This document shows positions 8,410-18,665 of a DNA stretch of 64,000 nucleotides, piece after piece (positions within the stretch are counted from its first letter, which is position 1; each line of letters opens with the position of its first letter). The stretch lies in NCBI GenBank assembly GCA_904419495.1, contig CAJFRV010000004.1:31790-95789 (forward strand). Direction: 5' to 3'. Below the pieces are notes generated by a model, which saw nothing but the letters and a program-made list of their open reading frames with translations, made no database searches and was not told where the DNA came from. The DNA is from an uncultured Clostridia bacterium. GTDB taxonomy: Bacteria; Bacillota; Clostridia; TANB77; CAG-508. Made by a program: the position numbers and the translations under genes.

Positions 8410-9891
8410 TTAATATAAACATATATGCAATATATTGTCTTGGAAAACGATTTGTTCTTCATCAAAAACATCCCAATTTTTTTGTAAAAACTCATTTTTT
8501 AACTTTTCATCATTTTCTATCGTTATTAGATTTCTTCCTGTATATAATTGTATAATCTTTGGTACGCACCAATCTGCTGAATATGCTTTTATGTTCATAT
8601 CTCCTGAAGCTTTTAATTCTGGATATGAATATTGAATACTTTTGTCATGATAAATTGAAATTTCTGTAATTTGTTTACCTGTTTCTTCTTCATATTCACT
8701 TATTAGACGATTAATCTCTAATGTCACAGTTTTATCCATATAATTTCCAACATAATGATCAATTGCAAAACTCATAAAACTAACAAATTGAAGGAGTAAA
8801 AAAGCAACTAATATAACGATAATGGCATTTTTCATTTTTACATGTATCTCTGTCTTCATAAATATATACATTGTTAATAATCCAATGATAGCAGCCATAG
8901 GATAAGAACTTCTTGCTACAAACCAAATAGAATTTGTATCTTGTAAAATTTGTGGTGCTATCGTTGCAAATAAAGTTCCTGCAATTATGTAAAATGCACC
9001 TAATATTTCCAAAATCTTTTTCTTTGAAGCTACCTTCCTTTTTAATGCTTGATAAATGATAATACCCAATAAAATTGCAATCACAAGAATAAATACATAT
9101 TTGGGTAACAAATCATATGTATTTACCAACATTCTTTTTGTACCTTGCAATATTTTTATGATAGATTCTGAAAGGATAATTTGACCTGCTACTCTTTCAT
9201 ATGTAAATAGAAATCTAACCAATATAAAATTAAGTATGGCAGGTATTCCATATGTTAATGCTACAATTATATTATTTTTTATAAATTCCTTTATATTTTT
9301 AGAATATTTAATAATATATAGTAGCGAAATTGCTACAAAAAGACCTACTGTTCCCTGATAACAGCAATTTGCCACTATCATCAAAACAAGTGCTAATAAG
9401 ATCGATTTTTTATTTCCTTCAAAAAATTTCTTTATTTGCTCTACTGCTAATACACATAATAAAACAGATAATACCATAATTCCTTTTTCTATATATACAA
9501 ATAATTCTATTGAAAAAGGATTAATAATGATTAATGTTGAAATAAGGATACTAATTACATTGTTTTTTATTTCTTGGTTAACTAATTTATTTAATTTATA
9601 TAAACTAATAATTGTACATAAAATTGCAAAACCGTAAGACAATAAATAGGTTCCATAATTTCCTATACGCAAAAGTCCCCTTACTATATAAAGTGCTGCT
9701 CCCGTTACAATTCTTCCGCATGAAAAGAAATGTGAAACAATATCTGTTAAATTTGTTGCAAATACACTGTATGTATCAGGTGCATATTGCATAATACAAA
9801 ATACACCAAAAAATAAAATAGTTATCATAGAAAAGATATATAAATTTTTATCTAAAAAAGTTTCTTTTATTTTATTTTTCATTTTCTCCAT
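8410..9891 (-). CDS. polytopic membrane protein, probable GT-C type glycosyltransferase (GtrII/YfhO-like role)
   Basis: 493 aa, at least 10 TM helices plus a C-terminal soluble domain. It sits between GtrB-like and GtrA-like genes. The functional call rests on context only. Confidence 0.45.
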   Translation of the reverse strand: MEKMKNKIKETFLDKNLYIFSMITILFFGVFCIMQYAPDTYSVFATNLTDIVSHFFSCGRIVTGAALYIVRGLLRIGNYGTYLLSYGFAILCTIISLYKLNKLVNQEIKNNVISILISTLIIINPFSIELFVYIEKGIMVLSVLLCVLAVEQIKKFFEGNKKSILLALVLMIVANCCYQGTVGLFVAISLLYIIKYSKNIKEFIKNNIIVALTYGIPAILNFILVRFLFTYERVAGQIILSESIIKILQGTKRMLVNTYDLLPKYVFILVIAILLGIIIYQALKRKVASKKKILEILGAFYIIAGTLFATIAPQILQDTNSIWFVARSSYPMAAIIGLLTMYIFMKTEIHVKMKNAIIVILVAFLLLQFVSFMSFAIDHYVGNYMDKTVTLEINRLISEYEEETGKQITEISIYHDKSIQYSYPELKASGDMNIKAYSADWCVPKIIQLYTGRNLITIENDEKLKNEFLQKNWDVFDEEQIVFQDNILHICLY

Positions 9892-9902
9892 GCATATCCT
9901 CC

Positions 9903-10325
9903 TTAAGTACGTTTTGTTTTAAAAGCAAATAATTTACTAATAAAGAAATTTAAAATAACAACCACTACTGTGACGATTAATTTACTAATCATTTTAGGAA
10001 TTGGCGTCATAAATAATAGCCAACCTCCTAAAAATTCAATTACCATTGTAAAAGCTCTTCCTAATATAAATTTAAAAAATTCTTTTGCTTTTTCTTTTCT
10101 TGTTTTTGCTTGAGAATGAAATACCAAATCTTTGTTAGTAATATATGCAAATAAAACAGCTAGTACAATTGCTATAAAATTTGAAAGATTCTCATTCCAT
10201 TTAAATATACTATTCATGACAAAGAAAGAAACTAAATTCACTAATGTCGTAAATACTCCAAATATAATATATAATATAACTTCTTTCGTTAATACTTTTT
10301 TCATGATTTCTTTTAATTTTTCCAT
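9903..10325 (-). CDS. GtrA family membrane protein
   Basis: 140 aa, 4 TM; 'FIIFGVFTTLVNL' type N-terminus typical of GtrA. Confidence 0.75.
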   Translation of the reverse strand: MEKLKEIMKKVLTKEVILYIIFGVFTTLVNLVSFFVMNSIFKWNENLSNFIAIVLAVLFAYITNKDLVFHSQAKTRKEKAKEFFKFILGRAFTMVIEFLGGWLLFMTPIPKMISKLIVTVVVVILNFFISKLFAFKTKRT

Positions 10326-10339
10326 GATTTTTCGTTCCT

Positions 10340-11281
10340 TTATTTATTATTTTTGTTTTCTATTTGTGTATAGCGTAATAAATTTAATTCATAATTTTCT
10401 CTATGTTGTTTTACAATTGTATGTAAAATGATTCCACATTGCTCGCAAATAACTGCTAATGTGATAATCCCTGTTGCAAGTACTGCTGATGGCATTTTTG
10501 TAATATATCCTGTTTTACAAAATTCGATAATAACTGGTAGCCCTATTATAATACCAATAATTAGTAAAATAGCAAATATAATTGTGAAAAATTTTAATGG
10601 TTTATGGTCTTTAAACATTTTAATAATCGTTTTAATTACTTTTATTCCATCCGAAAACGTATTAATTTTAGATTCACTTCCATCAGGTCTTTCTCTAAAA
10701 ACAATTGGAATTTCTTTCAATCTAAATTTTTTGTCTAGAGCAAATAGTGTCATTTCTGTTTCTAATTCAAAATTAGGACTTAAGACTGGCATATTTTTAA
10801 CAAATGTTTTGCTAAATGCTCTATATCCAGTCATAATATCTTTTAATTTATTATTAAATAATATATTGATGGATTTTCTTACCAAATTGTTTCCAAATTC
10901 ATGAAAATTTTTCTTTATTTGTTGTTGATAAGTTCCATTTGAAAGTCTATCTCCTATCGTCATATCTGCCTCATCATTTCTGATTGGTTCAATTAATTGA
11001 TGCACAAATTCAGCTGGATATGTATCATCTCCATCTACCATAACATAGATATCTGCATCAATTTCCCTAAACATGGTTCTTACAACATTTCCTTTTCCCT
11101 GTCTTATTTCTTTTCTCACAATTGCTCCTGCATTTTTAGCAATCTCTGCTGTTTTATCTTTTGAATTGTTATCATATACATAAATATCTGCATCTGGTAA
11201 TTCTTTTTGAAAATCTTTTACCACTTTTTCGATTGTTAGTTCTTCGTTATAACAAGGTATTAGTACAGCTATTTTTTCCAT
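10340..11281 (-). CDS. GT2 polyprenol-phosphate glycosyltransferase (second GtrB-like copy)
   Basis: 313 aa; 'LIPCYNEE', 'DNNSKDKT', 'VDGDDTYP'; C-terminal TM pair. Confidence 0.8.
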   Translation of the reverse strand: MEKIAVLIPCYNEELTIEKVVKDFQKELPDADIYVYDNNSKDKTAEIAKNAGAIVRKEIRQGKGNVVRTMFREIDADIYVMVDGDDTYPAEFVHQLIEPIRNDEADMTIGDRLSNGTYQQQIKKNFHEFGNNLVRKSINILFNNKLKDIMTGYRAFSKTFVKNMPVLSPNFELETEMTLFALDKKFRLKEIPIVFRERPDGSESKINTFSDGIKVIKTIIKMFKDHKPLKFFTIIFAILLIIGIIIGLPVIIEFCKTGYITKMPSAVLATGIITLAVICEQCGIILHTIVKQHRENYELNLLRYTQIENKNNK

Positions 11282-11335
11282 TTCTATTATCCTTTCCTTT
11301 TATATTTCTATGATTTTATTAATCTACACTTTTCA

Positions 11336-11389
11336 TTGTATAGGAAAAATTTTATATGAGGTTAAAATAAAAGTAAATTTCCTATACAA
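11336..11389. repeat. hairpin repeat, family F copy 1 (TTGTATAGGAAA / TTTCCTATACAA)
   Basis: 12-bp stem 11336-11347/11378-11389. The same 12-mer arms recur at 56211-56242. Confidence 0.5.
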
Positions 11390-11403
11390 CAAAGTTAAGC
11401 TTT

Positions 11404-13386
11404 TTATAAATGTGTTATTACAATTTGTAAAACTACATAAATTTGTAGTACTGTTCCAATGATGCCAATTGATTTTTGGATATTTTTATTATCGTACTCT
11501 GTTCTTAACTTAATTTGACTTCCTACCAATATCATTAACAATGGCAATATTGGTATAAAATATCTTCCTTGTATACCTGCTATTGAGTCGCTTCCACAGG
11601 TTGTCCATTGTACAAATAAACTTGTGAAAATCAATCCACCTACTGCAAGAATTGTTAAAGCAATCATAATCTTTTGATACAATTTAAATCTATCTTTTAT
11701 TGTTTGATCTGTTAATGTTATCCAAATAACCAATACAAATAATATGTAAGGAACTGCCGTATGAACATTTACCAGTTCTCCCCAGCCTAATTCTCCACCA
11801 AACATGGTTAATATATATTGGTCACCATTTAATGCCAAAGTATATAAACAATTTTGGATATACTCTATTGGATGCATTAAGACTGTTTTTACTTGAAGTG
11901 CTGAATCTCCTTCTCTAAAATATCTTAAATATGTACTAGAAAATCCTAGCCAAATCAAATTAATAATACATGCAATTGCTACAATCATTATCAGTGGTTT
12001 CATTTTTTGTTTATTTTTAAATTTTTCTTTTGGTATAATAAACATTAGTAAGACTAATGGTATATATACAATCTTACATAAAGCCATGATAATAGACATT
12101 ACCAGCAAAATGATAATCTGTTTTTTACCAATAATTTGGTCTTTTTTATGAAATACCAAACTCATAATATAAGCAATATATAAAAACGCTACAGAAATGG
12201 TCATTGCATCTGGTGAAAGTGATGAAAATCCTTCAATCGCTATTGGTATATATGACAATAATAAAATTGCCTTTTTGCCAAATGGAATTTTCTTGATTGC
12301 TAAATAGATAAGTCCTACAGAAACAATCATATTCATAATTCTGCCACCATAAGCTAATAACAATACTTTATCTGTAAATAATCTGGTTATAAAAATTCCG
12401 ATTGCTTGAGGTAGATATTGTATAAATGAATATACTGCTGATGTTTCAGAATATAAAATGGTTTCATTTTCTGGTTCTAACCCTAAATTCAAATAAGCTT
12501 CTACATCACCATAAGTAATGGTTGTCCAATCGTCTGTTAATGGTTTTACAATGTTTTCTGGCATCTTTGTTCCTAATGTATCGCCATCAATGCCTTCTAC
12601 CAATTTTCCAATGGATACTTCATAACTTCTGTACCAATGATATAATTCATCATGATTTTTAAATGTAGGCATACACAAAATATAAAACAAGCAAATAACA
12701 GGAACCGTAAACAAGAATATATTTTCTATTTTTATTCCTTTTTTATTATAAATATATATACTTATGATAATTGCATAAAGTGATATAAGAAGAGCGATAA
12801 CTGTAAAAAATACTTGTTTTGTTGTACTAAAATAAAATTCTTGTGTAGCAATTCTTCCTTCTCTACTTTCTCCATTGACTGTATATGTATATTGTTCTCC
12901 CTCACCATTTTGTAGATATTTTACAGTAAAAGCTTTACTGCCTTCTTCTACATTATTAAATGCAATCCATAATGTATATGTCTTTCCTTTTGATTCTTTT
13001 TGTCTTTTAAATTCAAATTCATATGTTGTATTTTCTCTAATATTATTTCTAATAATTGTTTCTTCTTCTATTGTTTGTCCATTTTCATCTTGAATTCCAA
13101 TGGTGATTTCTCCAGAAACATTCGTCTCTTCTTTTAAAGGATCAAATTGTATATCTACTCTTTGGAAATTATTTTCTGCTGCCACTATTTTTTGTTCTAT
13201 TTTATATCCTTGTTTAATATCTTTTACGCTTTCTTGTGCCTCTATTGTTTCACTTTTATTATACAATTTATCTGTTATTCCTAATGCATAATTGGCTGTC
13301 ATTAGAATAGCTATAACACTTATGATAAGTATCGTTAAAAATTTCCATTGTTCTTTTATTTTTGCTTTTACTTTTTGTATATCCAT
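11404..13386 (-). CDS. large polytopic membrane protein, DUF2142/GT-C-like
   Basis: 660 aa: N-terminal TM, ~170-aa extracytoplasmic domain, then at least 10 TM helices. It follows the second GtrB-like GT2. Confidence 0.45.
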   Translation of the reverse strand: MDIQKVKAKIKEQWKFLTILIISVIAILMTANYALGITDKLYNKSETIEAQESVKDIKQGYKIEQKIVAAENNFQRVDIQFDPLKEETNVSGEITIGIQDENGQTIEEETIIRNNIRENTTYEFEFKRQKESKGKTYTLWIAFNNVEEGSKAFTVKYLQNGEGEQYTYTVNGESREGRIATQEFYFSTTKQVFFTVIALLISLYAIIISIYIYNKKGIKIENIFLFTVPVICLFYILCMPTFKNHDELYHWYRSYEVSIGKLVEGIDGDTLGTKMPENIVKPLTDDWTTITYGDVEAYLNLGLEPENETILYSETSAVYSFIQYLPQAIGIFITRLFTDKVLLLAYGGRIMNMIVSVGLIYLAIKKIPFGKKAILLLSYIPIAIEGFSSLSPDAMTISVAFLYIAYIMSLVFHKKDQIIGKKQIIILLVMSIIMALCKIVYIPLVLLMFIIPKEKFKNKQKMKPLIMIVAIACIINLIWLGFSSTYLRYFREGDSALQVKTVLMHPIEYIQNCLYTLALNGDQYILTMFGGELGWGELVNVHTAVPYILFVLVIWITLTDQTIKDRFKLYQKIMIALTILAVGGLIFTSLFVQWTTCGSDSIAGIQGRYFIPILPLLMILVGSQIKLRTEYDNKNIQKSIGIIGTVLQIYVVLQIVITHL

Positions 13387-13448
13387 CTTCTTTTATTCTC
13401 TCCTTGTTTCTAATTATGTAGATGTCTATTTTGCTGTGTATGAGACTT

Positions 13449-14225
13449 CTACAATTCTTCTGCAAAACCTTTTTGTAGTTTGTTAAAAATTAAATATCCA
13501 ACAATACACGCCAAAATTCCTACACCTATTAAAATGGCAATAGGTACTAAATCAGGAGTTGTTTGTTCGTAAAAAATTGCTCTATATCCATTGATAATAT
13601 ATGTCATAGGGTTAAGGTCTAATATCCATTTAAAATTTTCTGGTATTGTATCTGCTGCATATACAATTGGTGTAGCATAAAATAAAAGTTGTAATGCAAC
13701 ACCTATTAAATGTTGTAAATCCCTAAAGTATACTGTTACACTAGATATAATAAAAGATATTGCAAGTACAATAATATATTGTGCAATTAATACAATTGGA
13801 TAAAATAAAATATATTTTGTAATTCCCAATCCTCCAAAAATAACAAATGCCATAATAATAATCGTAGATATAATAAAATTAATTGCTTCACTTGTTACTA
13901 CAGAAATTGGCAATATCTCTCTTGGAAAATATACTTTTTTTAATATATTACCATTTTCGATCATAGTGGATGCTGAACGTGTAATGGCTGTTGAAAAAAA
14001 TGTCCATGGTATCAATCCACAACACAAAAATATTACATAATTTTCTTGTGTATTTCTTAATATTAAAGGAAATACAATTGCATAAACAGCAATTTGCAAT
14101 AATGGATTTAAGAAAGACCATAAAACTCCTAAAAATGAATTTTTATACTTTCCTCTTATTTCCTTTTTTACATTTGTTTTTAATAATTCTCTATATTTAT
14201 ATAAATTTTTAAATACATTTATCAT
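13449..14225 (-). CDS. ABC-2 type polysaccharide/teichoic acid export permease (Wzm/TagG-like)
   Basis: 258 aa, 6 TM; N-terminal 'YRELL..... KEIRGKYKNSFLGVLWSFLNP' is the ABC-2 signature. Confidence 0.8.
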   Translation of the reverse strand: MINVFKNLYKYRELLKTNVKKEIRGKYKNSFLGVLWSFLNPLLQIAVYAIVFPLILRNTQENYVIFLCCGLIPWTFFSTAITRSASTMIENGNILKKVYFPREILPISVVTSEAINFIISTIIIMAFVIFGGLGITKYILFYPIVLIAQYIIVLAISFIISSVTVYFRDLQHLIGVALQLLFYATPIVYAADTIPENFKWILDLNPMTYIINGYRAIFYEQTTPDLVPIAILIGVGILACIVGYLIFNKLQKGFAEEL

Positions 14226-14236
14226 GATATTCTCCT

Positions 14237-16531
14237 TTAGTTACTTTTTGTTATACTCCTTAATTTTCTTAATACGCTTTTTACTTGCTCATATATATGC
14301 ATTTTTTTTGTAATAGCAATCATTTTTAATCTGAATTTTCCTATCGGGGTTTCAAAATAATCATAAGAAGATTCTGCATTACCTTTTATTTGCCCAAAAT
14401 ATTCCATATTTACTTGATCACATAACCACCTATATTCATCTTTACCTGCAATATAGTGACTGGTTATTAATTCTTTACATACATCTAAAGCTTTTTGTAG
14501 TGCGTATCCTGTTTCTATTTTTGCGATGTTTTTATTTTGTAGTACTGTTTCAAATTGTTTTTCCATATTCTCTACCATATGATTAATGGTAAATCCTTCT
14601 AATATGCGTTTTCTACAATTTACTTTATATGTATCTAAATTGTCTAATATTTCATTAATTGCCTCTATATATGGCATGATTTCTTCTTCTTGATAATCAA
14701 AGTTTCTAATTTCTTTTTCCTGTTGTAAACATGGAACTACTCTTCCTACCTTTTCATTTACCAATTCAGATTGTCCTCCAACATCAGCTGTTACAACTGG
14801 TACTCCCATTGCCAAAGATTCGTAAGCTGTTAAAGCCAATCCTTCTTTTATAGAACAGTTTATTGTCATATCACTAATGGCATATATATTTTCTGTTTCT
14901 TTTATATTTCCTAACAAAAGAACAAAATTCTGTAATTCATATCGTTTTATCATTTTCCTTACTTTTTCTAGCATAGGTCCATCACCTGCAACGACACAAA
15001 TAAAATCTTTTCTTTGCTCTTTTAATTTTTTTAAAATTTTCATTAGTAATAACGGTCTTTTTTGTTCACTAATTCTACAGATGTAACTGATAATATATTT
15101 CTTAGTTGGATTTTCAATGTTTAATTTTTGTAGTATCTCCTCTTTATCATATTTTTGCGGATTAAACTTATCTTCATCTACTCCAATATAAACTGTTTCC
15201 ACTTCTTTTGGATTTCTTTTAAAATAGTCAATTAATATTTTCTCGCTACTCTTATTGCAAACTAATGTTTTGTCAATGCAAGAAGATACTGTACTAGAGT
15301 CTCTTGAATACCCTCCTGCTCGGTTATACCATTCTTCCATATGAACATAATCCATAATAGGAATCTCTGGGTATTTTGCTTTTAGATATGGTATCATAGA
15401 ATATCCTATAAGGCTATTCGTATTAAATATAATGTTAATATGATATTGTGCAATCAAATGATTAATAAAAGCTACCCAATATTTTTTATCTAAGAATGTT
15501 GTTAAATCATAAACAATAGCTTGATTATCAAATTCTTGTCTCCATGGATTTGTACTTGGTTGTGTTGTTACCATAATGATATTAAATTTTTTCTTATCTA
15601 TTCTAGATATTAAATCCAAATTAAATTTATCAGCTCCACCAGTTATCATCCATGGAATCATCATTAAAATATTGATTTTCCCGTCATCTATTTTTTCAGC
15701 ATCTGGTATATCTATAGATTCTATGATTTTTTCCCAGTTATAATCTTGCTTTGGATATTGAATTGCCTCTACATTTTCTTTTATTTTTTCACCGGTAGTC
15801 CTTACAATTTCTAATGCTCTTTTCATATTTTCTTTAGAACGTTGCAATTCGCTTCCTTGTTTTTTTCTTCTATACCAAAAGCCATCAAAATTCATTCTAA
15901 CTGGCCTTTTTCCAACTGCTAACAGTTTTAACCATAAATTCCAATCTTCATTTACTGCTTTCTCTCGTAATTCATAACCATTTACTTCAAAGAAATCTGT
16001 TTTTCGAATAAGTGCTGTTGCTACCAATAAATTTTCTTTTTTCTCCATTTCTGAATCAAACCATTTTATCCATTTAAATTCCATTCCTTCGAAATTAACC
16101 ACATCTGTATACGCCCATGCTGCCTCTTTATTGGTTTGCAAAGTCGCATATGCACATTCTAAATATGTTGGATGAATTAAATCATCATCATCTAAAAAAA
16201 TTAGATATTCTGCATTCTTATCTGATTGGTTTGCTCCATAATCTCTTGTAGCTGCTAGCCCTGAATTTTCTTTTGATACAACTTTTATTCTTTTATCAAT
16301 CTTTTCTATTTCTTTTAACTTTTCTATACTTTCCTCATTCGTTGAACCATCATTAACAATAATCCATTCCCAAAAAGGAAATGTTTGATTTAATACACAA
16401 TTGATTGTCTGATCAATATATTTGTGTCCGTTATAATATGCTGTAACAATGGTAATCTTTGGCTTATATTCTGTTTCTTCATATTTTATCGTTTTTCTTT
16501 CTTTTCCCGGTTCTAAACTATAATCAAACAT
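14237..16531 (-). CDS. bifunctional glycosyltransferase (N-terminal GT2, C-terminal GT4/GT1-fold)
   Basis: 764 aa; 'VTAYYNG...VNDGSTNE...LDDDD' followed by a GT4-like 'E.LA.T.YESLAMGVPVV' domain. Confidence 0.75.
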   Translation of the reverse strand: MFDYSLEPGKERKTIKYEETEYKPKITIVTAYYNGHKYIDQTINCVLNQTFPFWEWIIVNDGSTNEESIEKLKEIEKIDKRIKVVSKENSGLAATRDYGANQSDKNAEYLIFLDDDDLIHPTYLECAYATLQTNKEAAWAYTDVVNFEGMEFKWIKWFDSEMEKKENLLVATALIRKTDFFEVNGYELREKAVNEDWNLWLKLLAVGKRPVRMNFDGFWYRRKKQGSELQRSKENMKRALEIVRTTGEKIKENVEAIQYPKQDYNWEKIIESIDIPDAEKIDDGKINILMMIPWMITGGADKFNLDLISRIDKKKFNIIMVTTQPSTNPWRQEFDNQAIVYDLTTFLDKKYWVAFINHLIAQYHINIIFNTNSLIGYSMIPYLKAKYPEIPIMDYVHMEEWYNRAGGYSRDSSTVSSCIDKTLVCNKSSEKILIDYFKRNPKEVETVYIGVDEDKFNPQKYDKEEILQKLNIENPTKKYIISYICRISEQKRPLLLMKILKKLKEQRKDFICVVAGDGPMLEKVRKMIKRYELQNFVLLLGNIKETENIYAISDMTINCSIKEGLALTAYESLAMGVPVVTADVGGQSELVNEKVGRVVPCLQQEKEIRNFDYQEEEIMPYIEAINEILDNLDTYKVNCRKRILEGFTINHMVENMEKQFETVLQNKNIAKIETGYALQKALDVCKELITSHYIAGKDEYRWLCDQVNMEYFGQIKGNAESSYDYFETPIGKFRLKMIAITKKMHIYEQVKSVLRKLRSITKSN

Positions 16532-16543
16532 CTTATTCTACCT

Positions 16544-16717
16544 CTATTTTTTCTTCAACTTTCTTAGTTTTTCTAATAATTTCCATCCCTTTGAATCATA
16601 TATCGCATTGATTGCTTTCTTTTGTTCTTTTATAATTTCTTTTGATTTATCAGCTTCCATTTTTTCTTTTTCGTATTGTGCATATAACTCATCATATCTC
16701 TTTTTTCCAAGTTTCAT
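16544..16717 (-). CDS. 57-aa coiled-coil ORF overlapping the end of the pyruvyl transferase gene in another frame; possible frameshifted C-terminal extension
   Basis: MKLGKKRYDELYAQYEKEKMEADKSKEIIKEQKKAINAIYDSKGWKLLEKLRKLKKK. It joins the upstream frame if one A is removed from the A6 run (16701-16706). Confidence 0.3.
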   Translation of the reverse strand: MKLGKKRYDELYAQYEKEKMEADKSKEIIKEQKKAINAIYDSKGWKLLEKLRKLKKK

Positions 16718-17759
16718 TATCATTTTTTACAATTTTTGCATATTCTGCGTATCTATCTTCACTTTCAAAAATATTCTTTTTTGCTTTTATTCTTAAATCA
16801 TTATATAAATCTTTGTAATATGTTATTCTATAAACATACTTTTTATATGTTTCTAGATCTGGCAATTGTGAAATATCTTTTTCTTCATTCTCACATTGAT
16901 TAATAAATTCTTCACATCTTTTTATTAATCCGTCTCTAATAGGCATATATTCTTTACTATTCTCTTTTGGATTTTCTAGCATGTCTGTTATATCTATTTT
17001 TCTAAAATCTGTATCAACAAAAGATGTTACAAATTTTAAGAAATCTTGCAATCTATCCTTATCATAGTCTTTCTTATGTACTAAAATAACTGGTGTTCCC
17101 AATGCTGTACAAGGTAACGCTATATGCAATCTACTTGTTATTACTAAATGTGCTGCTTGATATGTTTTTAATAGTTCTTCAACATCCTTCATTCTTGTTT
17201 CAAAGCTTTTTTCTTTTATTTCATTTTTATCTACATCATGTGTTATCATTTTTATTGGTCTTTTTGTATGTTTCTTTACATATTCTGCTGATTCCTCGTC
17301 TAAATCTGCTAGACATATATAGTCTTTTTTCTCTATTCCTTCAAATGGATTCATTGTCAATGTCATGCATCCTGAAAAAAAGCTATCTGCATTACAATTT
17401 CTTTTTAATTTCTTTTGGCTTTCTGTGTCTCTACATCCTATTGGTTGATGTTCTCTAAGATAATCTCCACCAAAACCTTGTAGATACTTTTCTCCTACAT
17501 CAATTTTATCTAAAGCAGAAAAATGCATAGAAACTAATAATGGATAAATATATGGTGATGGTGGCCAAGCAGCCTTTACATCTAAAAACCATCCGTTCAT
17601 AATCATAGAAACATATTCCTTTTCTTTTGGAATAAAGCAATTCAAGTTTTCTCTATCAATTAAGTAATCAATATGTGGTAAAAACCTTTTTGCTACATAG
17701 GTCTGTATATCATCTCCTATGTTTTCTGTTTCTTTATAATACATAATTCCATATTTCAC
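16692..17759 (-). CDS. polysaccharide pyruvyl transferase family protein
   Basis: 355 aa; N-terminal 'ENIGDDIQ' and central 'VITSRLHIALPCTALGTPV' match the PS_pyruv_trans family. Confidence 0.7.
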   Translation of the reverse strand: MKYGIMYYKETENIGDDIQTYVAKRFLPHIDYLIDRENLNCFIPKEKEYVSMIMNGWFLDVKAAWPPSPYIYPLLVSMHFSALDKIDVGEKYLQGFGGDYLREHQPIGCRDTESQKKLKRNCNADSFFSGCMTLTMNPFEGIEKKDYICLADLDEESAEYVKKHTKRPIKMITHDVDKNEIKEKSFETRMKDVEELLKTYQAAHLVITSRLHIALPCTALGTPVILVHKKDYDKDRLQDFLKFVTSFVDTDFRKIDITDMLENPKENSKEYMPIRDGLIKRCEEFINQCENEEKDISQLPDLETYKKYVYRITYYKDLYNDLRIKAKKNIFESEDRYAEYAKIVKNDNETWKKEI

Positions 17760-17786
17760 AAGCTAATATCTCCTTTATTTTTTGAA

Positions 17787-18530
17787 TTATTTTGTAGCCT
17801 CTATATAAGCATCTACCACTTCTTCTGTGTTACCATCCATTCTGATTTTTCCATTATATAACCAGATTGTCCTATCACAAAGTTCTTTAACAGCACTCAT
17901 ATTATGTGTTACAAATACCATTGTTTTTCCTTCTTTTTTTAGTTCTTTCATTTTATTATAACATTTTGTTTGGAAATGCTCGTCACCAACTGATAAAATT
18001 TCATCAATTAGTAAAATATCTGCATCAACATTAATAGCAATGGAAAAGGCAAGTCTCATATACATACCTGATGAATACGTTCTAACAGGGTTGTCTATAA
18101 AATTCTCTAGTTCTGAAAATTCAATAATATCTTTTAATCTATTGTCAATTTCTTTTTTGGTTAATCCAAAAATAGATGCATTAAAATAGATATTTTCTCT
18201 ACCTGAAAAATCAGGGTGAAAACCTGCTCCTAATTCTAATAATGATGTTAATTTTCCTTCTGTTTCTATTTTTCCACTATTTGGATAAATGATTTTAGTT
18301 AACAATTTTAATAATGTAGATTTTCCACTTCCATTAGTACCAATTAAAGCAACTACTTCTCCTTTTTTTATTTTTACATTAATTCCTTTTAAGATCTCTC
18401 TTTTTTCCTTTTTATTCCTACTAAATAAGAATAATAATCTTTCTTTTATTGTATTTGCTTTATCCATATATACATTAAAACTTTTATAAACATTATCAAC
18501 TATAATTGGATATTCTTCTTGTTCTTTCAT
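17787..18530 (-). CDS. ABC polysaccharide/teichoic acid export ATPase (Wzt/TagH-like), no C-terminal carbohydrate-binding domain
   Basis: 247 aa; Walker A GTNGSGKST, 'YSSGMYMRLAF', Walker B LLIDE. Confidence 0.85.
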   Translation of the reverse strand: MKEQEEYPIIVDNVYKSFNVYMDKANTIKERLLFLFSRNKKEKREILKGINVKIKKGEVVALIGTNGSGKSTLLKLLTKIIYPNSGKIETEGKLTSLLELGAGFHPDFSGRENIYFNASIFGLTKKEIDNRLKDIIEFSELENFIDNPVRTYSSGMYMRLAFSIAINVDADILLIDEILSVGDEHFQTKCYNKMKELKKEGKTMVFVTHNMSAVKELCDRTIWLYNGKIRMDGNTEEVVDAYIEATK

Positions 18531-18624
18531 ATTATAATTCCTTTCGTTATACTTATTTAAAATCGTCCTTATTATATCAATAAATATTTTGCTTGTAAAG
18601 CAATATCCTGTTCTTTTTCTATAT

Positions 18625-18665
18625 TATAAAAACCATATAATAATCAAATTTACTATATGGTTTTT
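18625..18665 (-). terminator. intrinsic terminator after the BIG2 hydrolase gene
   Basis: Stem AACCATATA / TATATGGTT flanked by A and T runs. Confidence 0.6.

Noticed and set aside
10428-10904. Other long plus-strand ORFs inside minus-strand genes (10428-10904, 46823-47362, 17093-17458, 45386-45748, 40195-40554, and others).
   Set aside because: Each lies wholly within a well-supported minus-strand gene, lacks an SD and recognisable motifs, and encodes the I/F/L/S-rich peptides expected from the antisense of AT-rich coding DNA.
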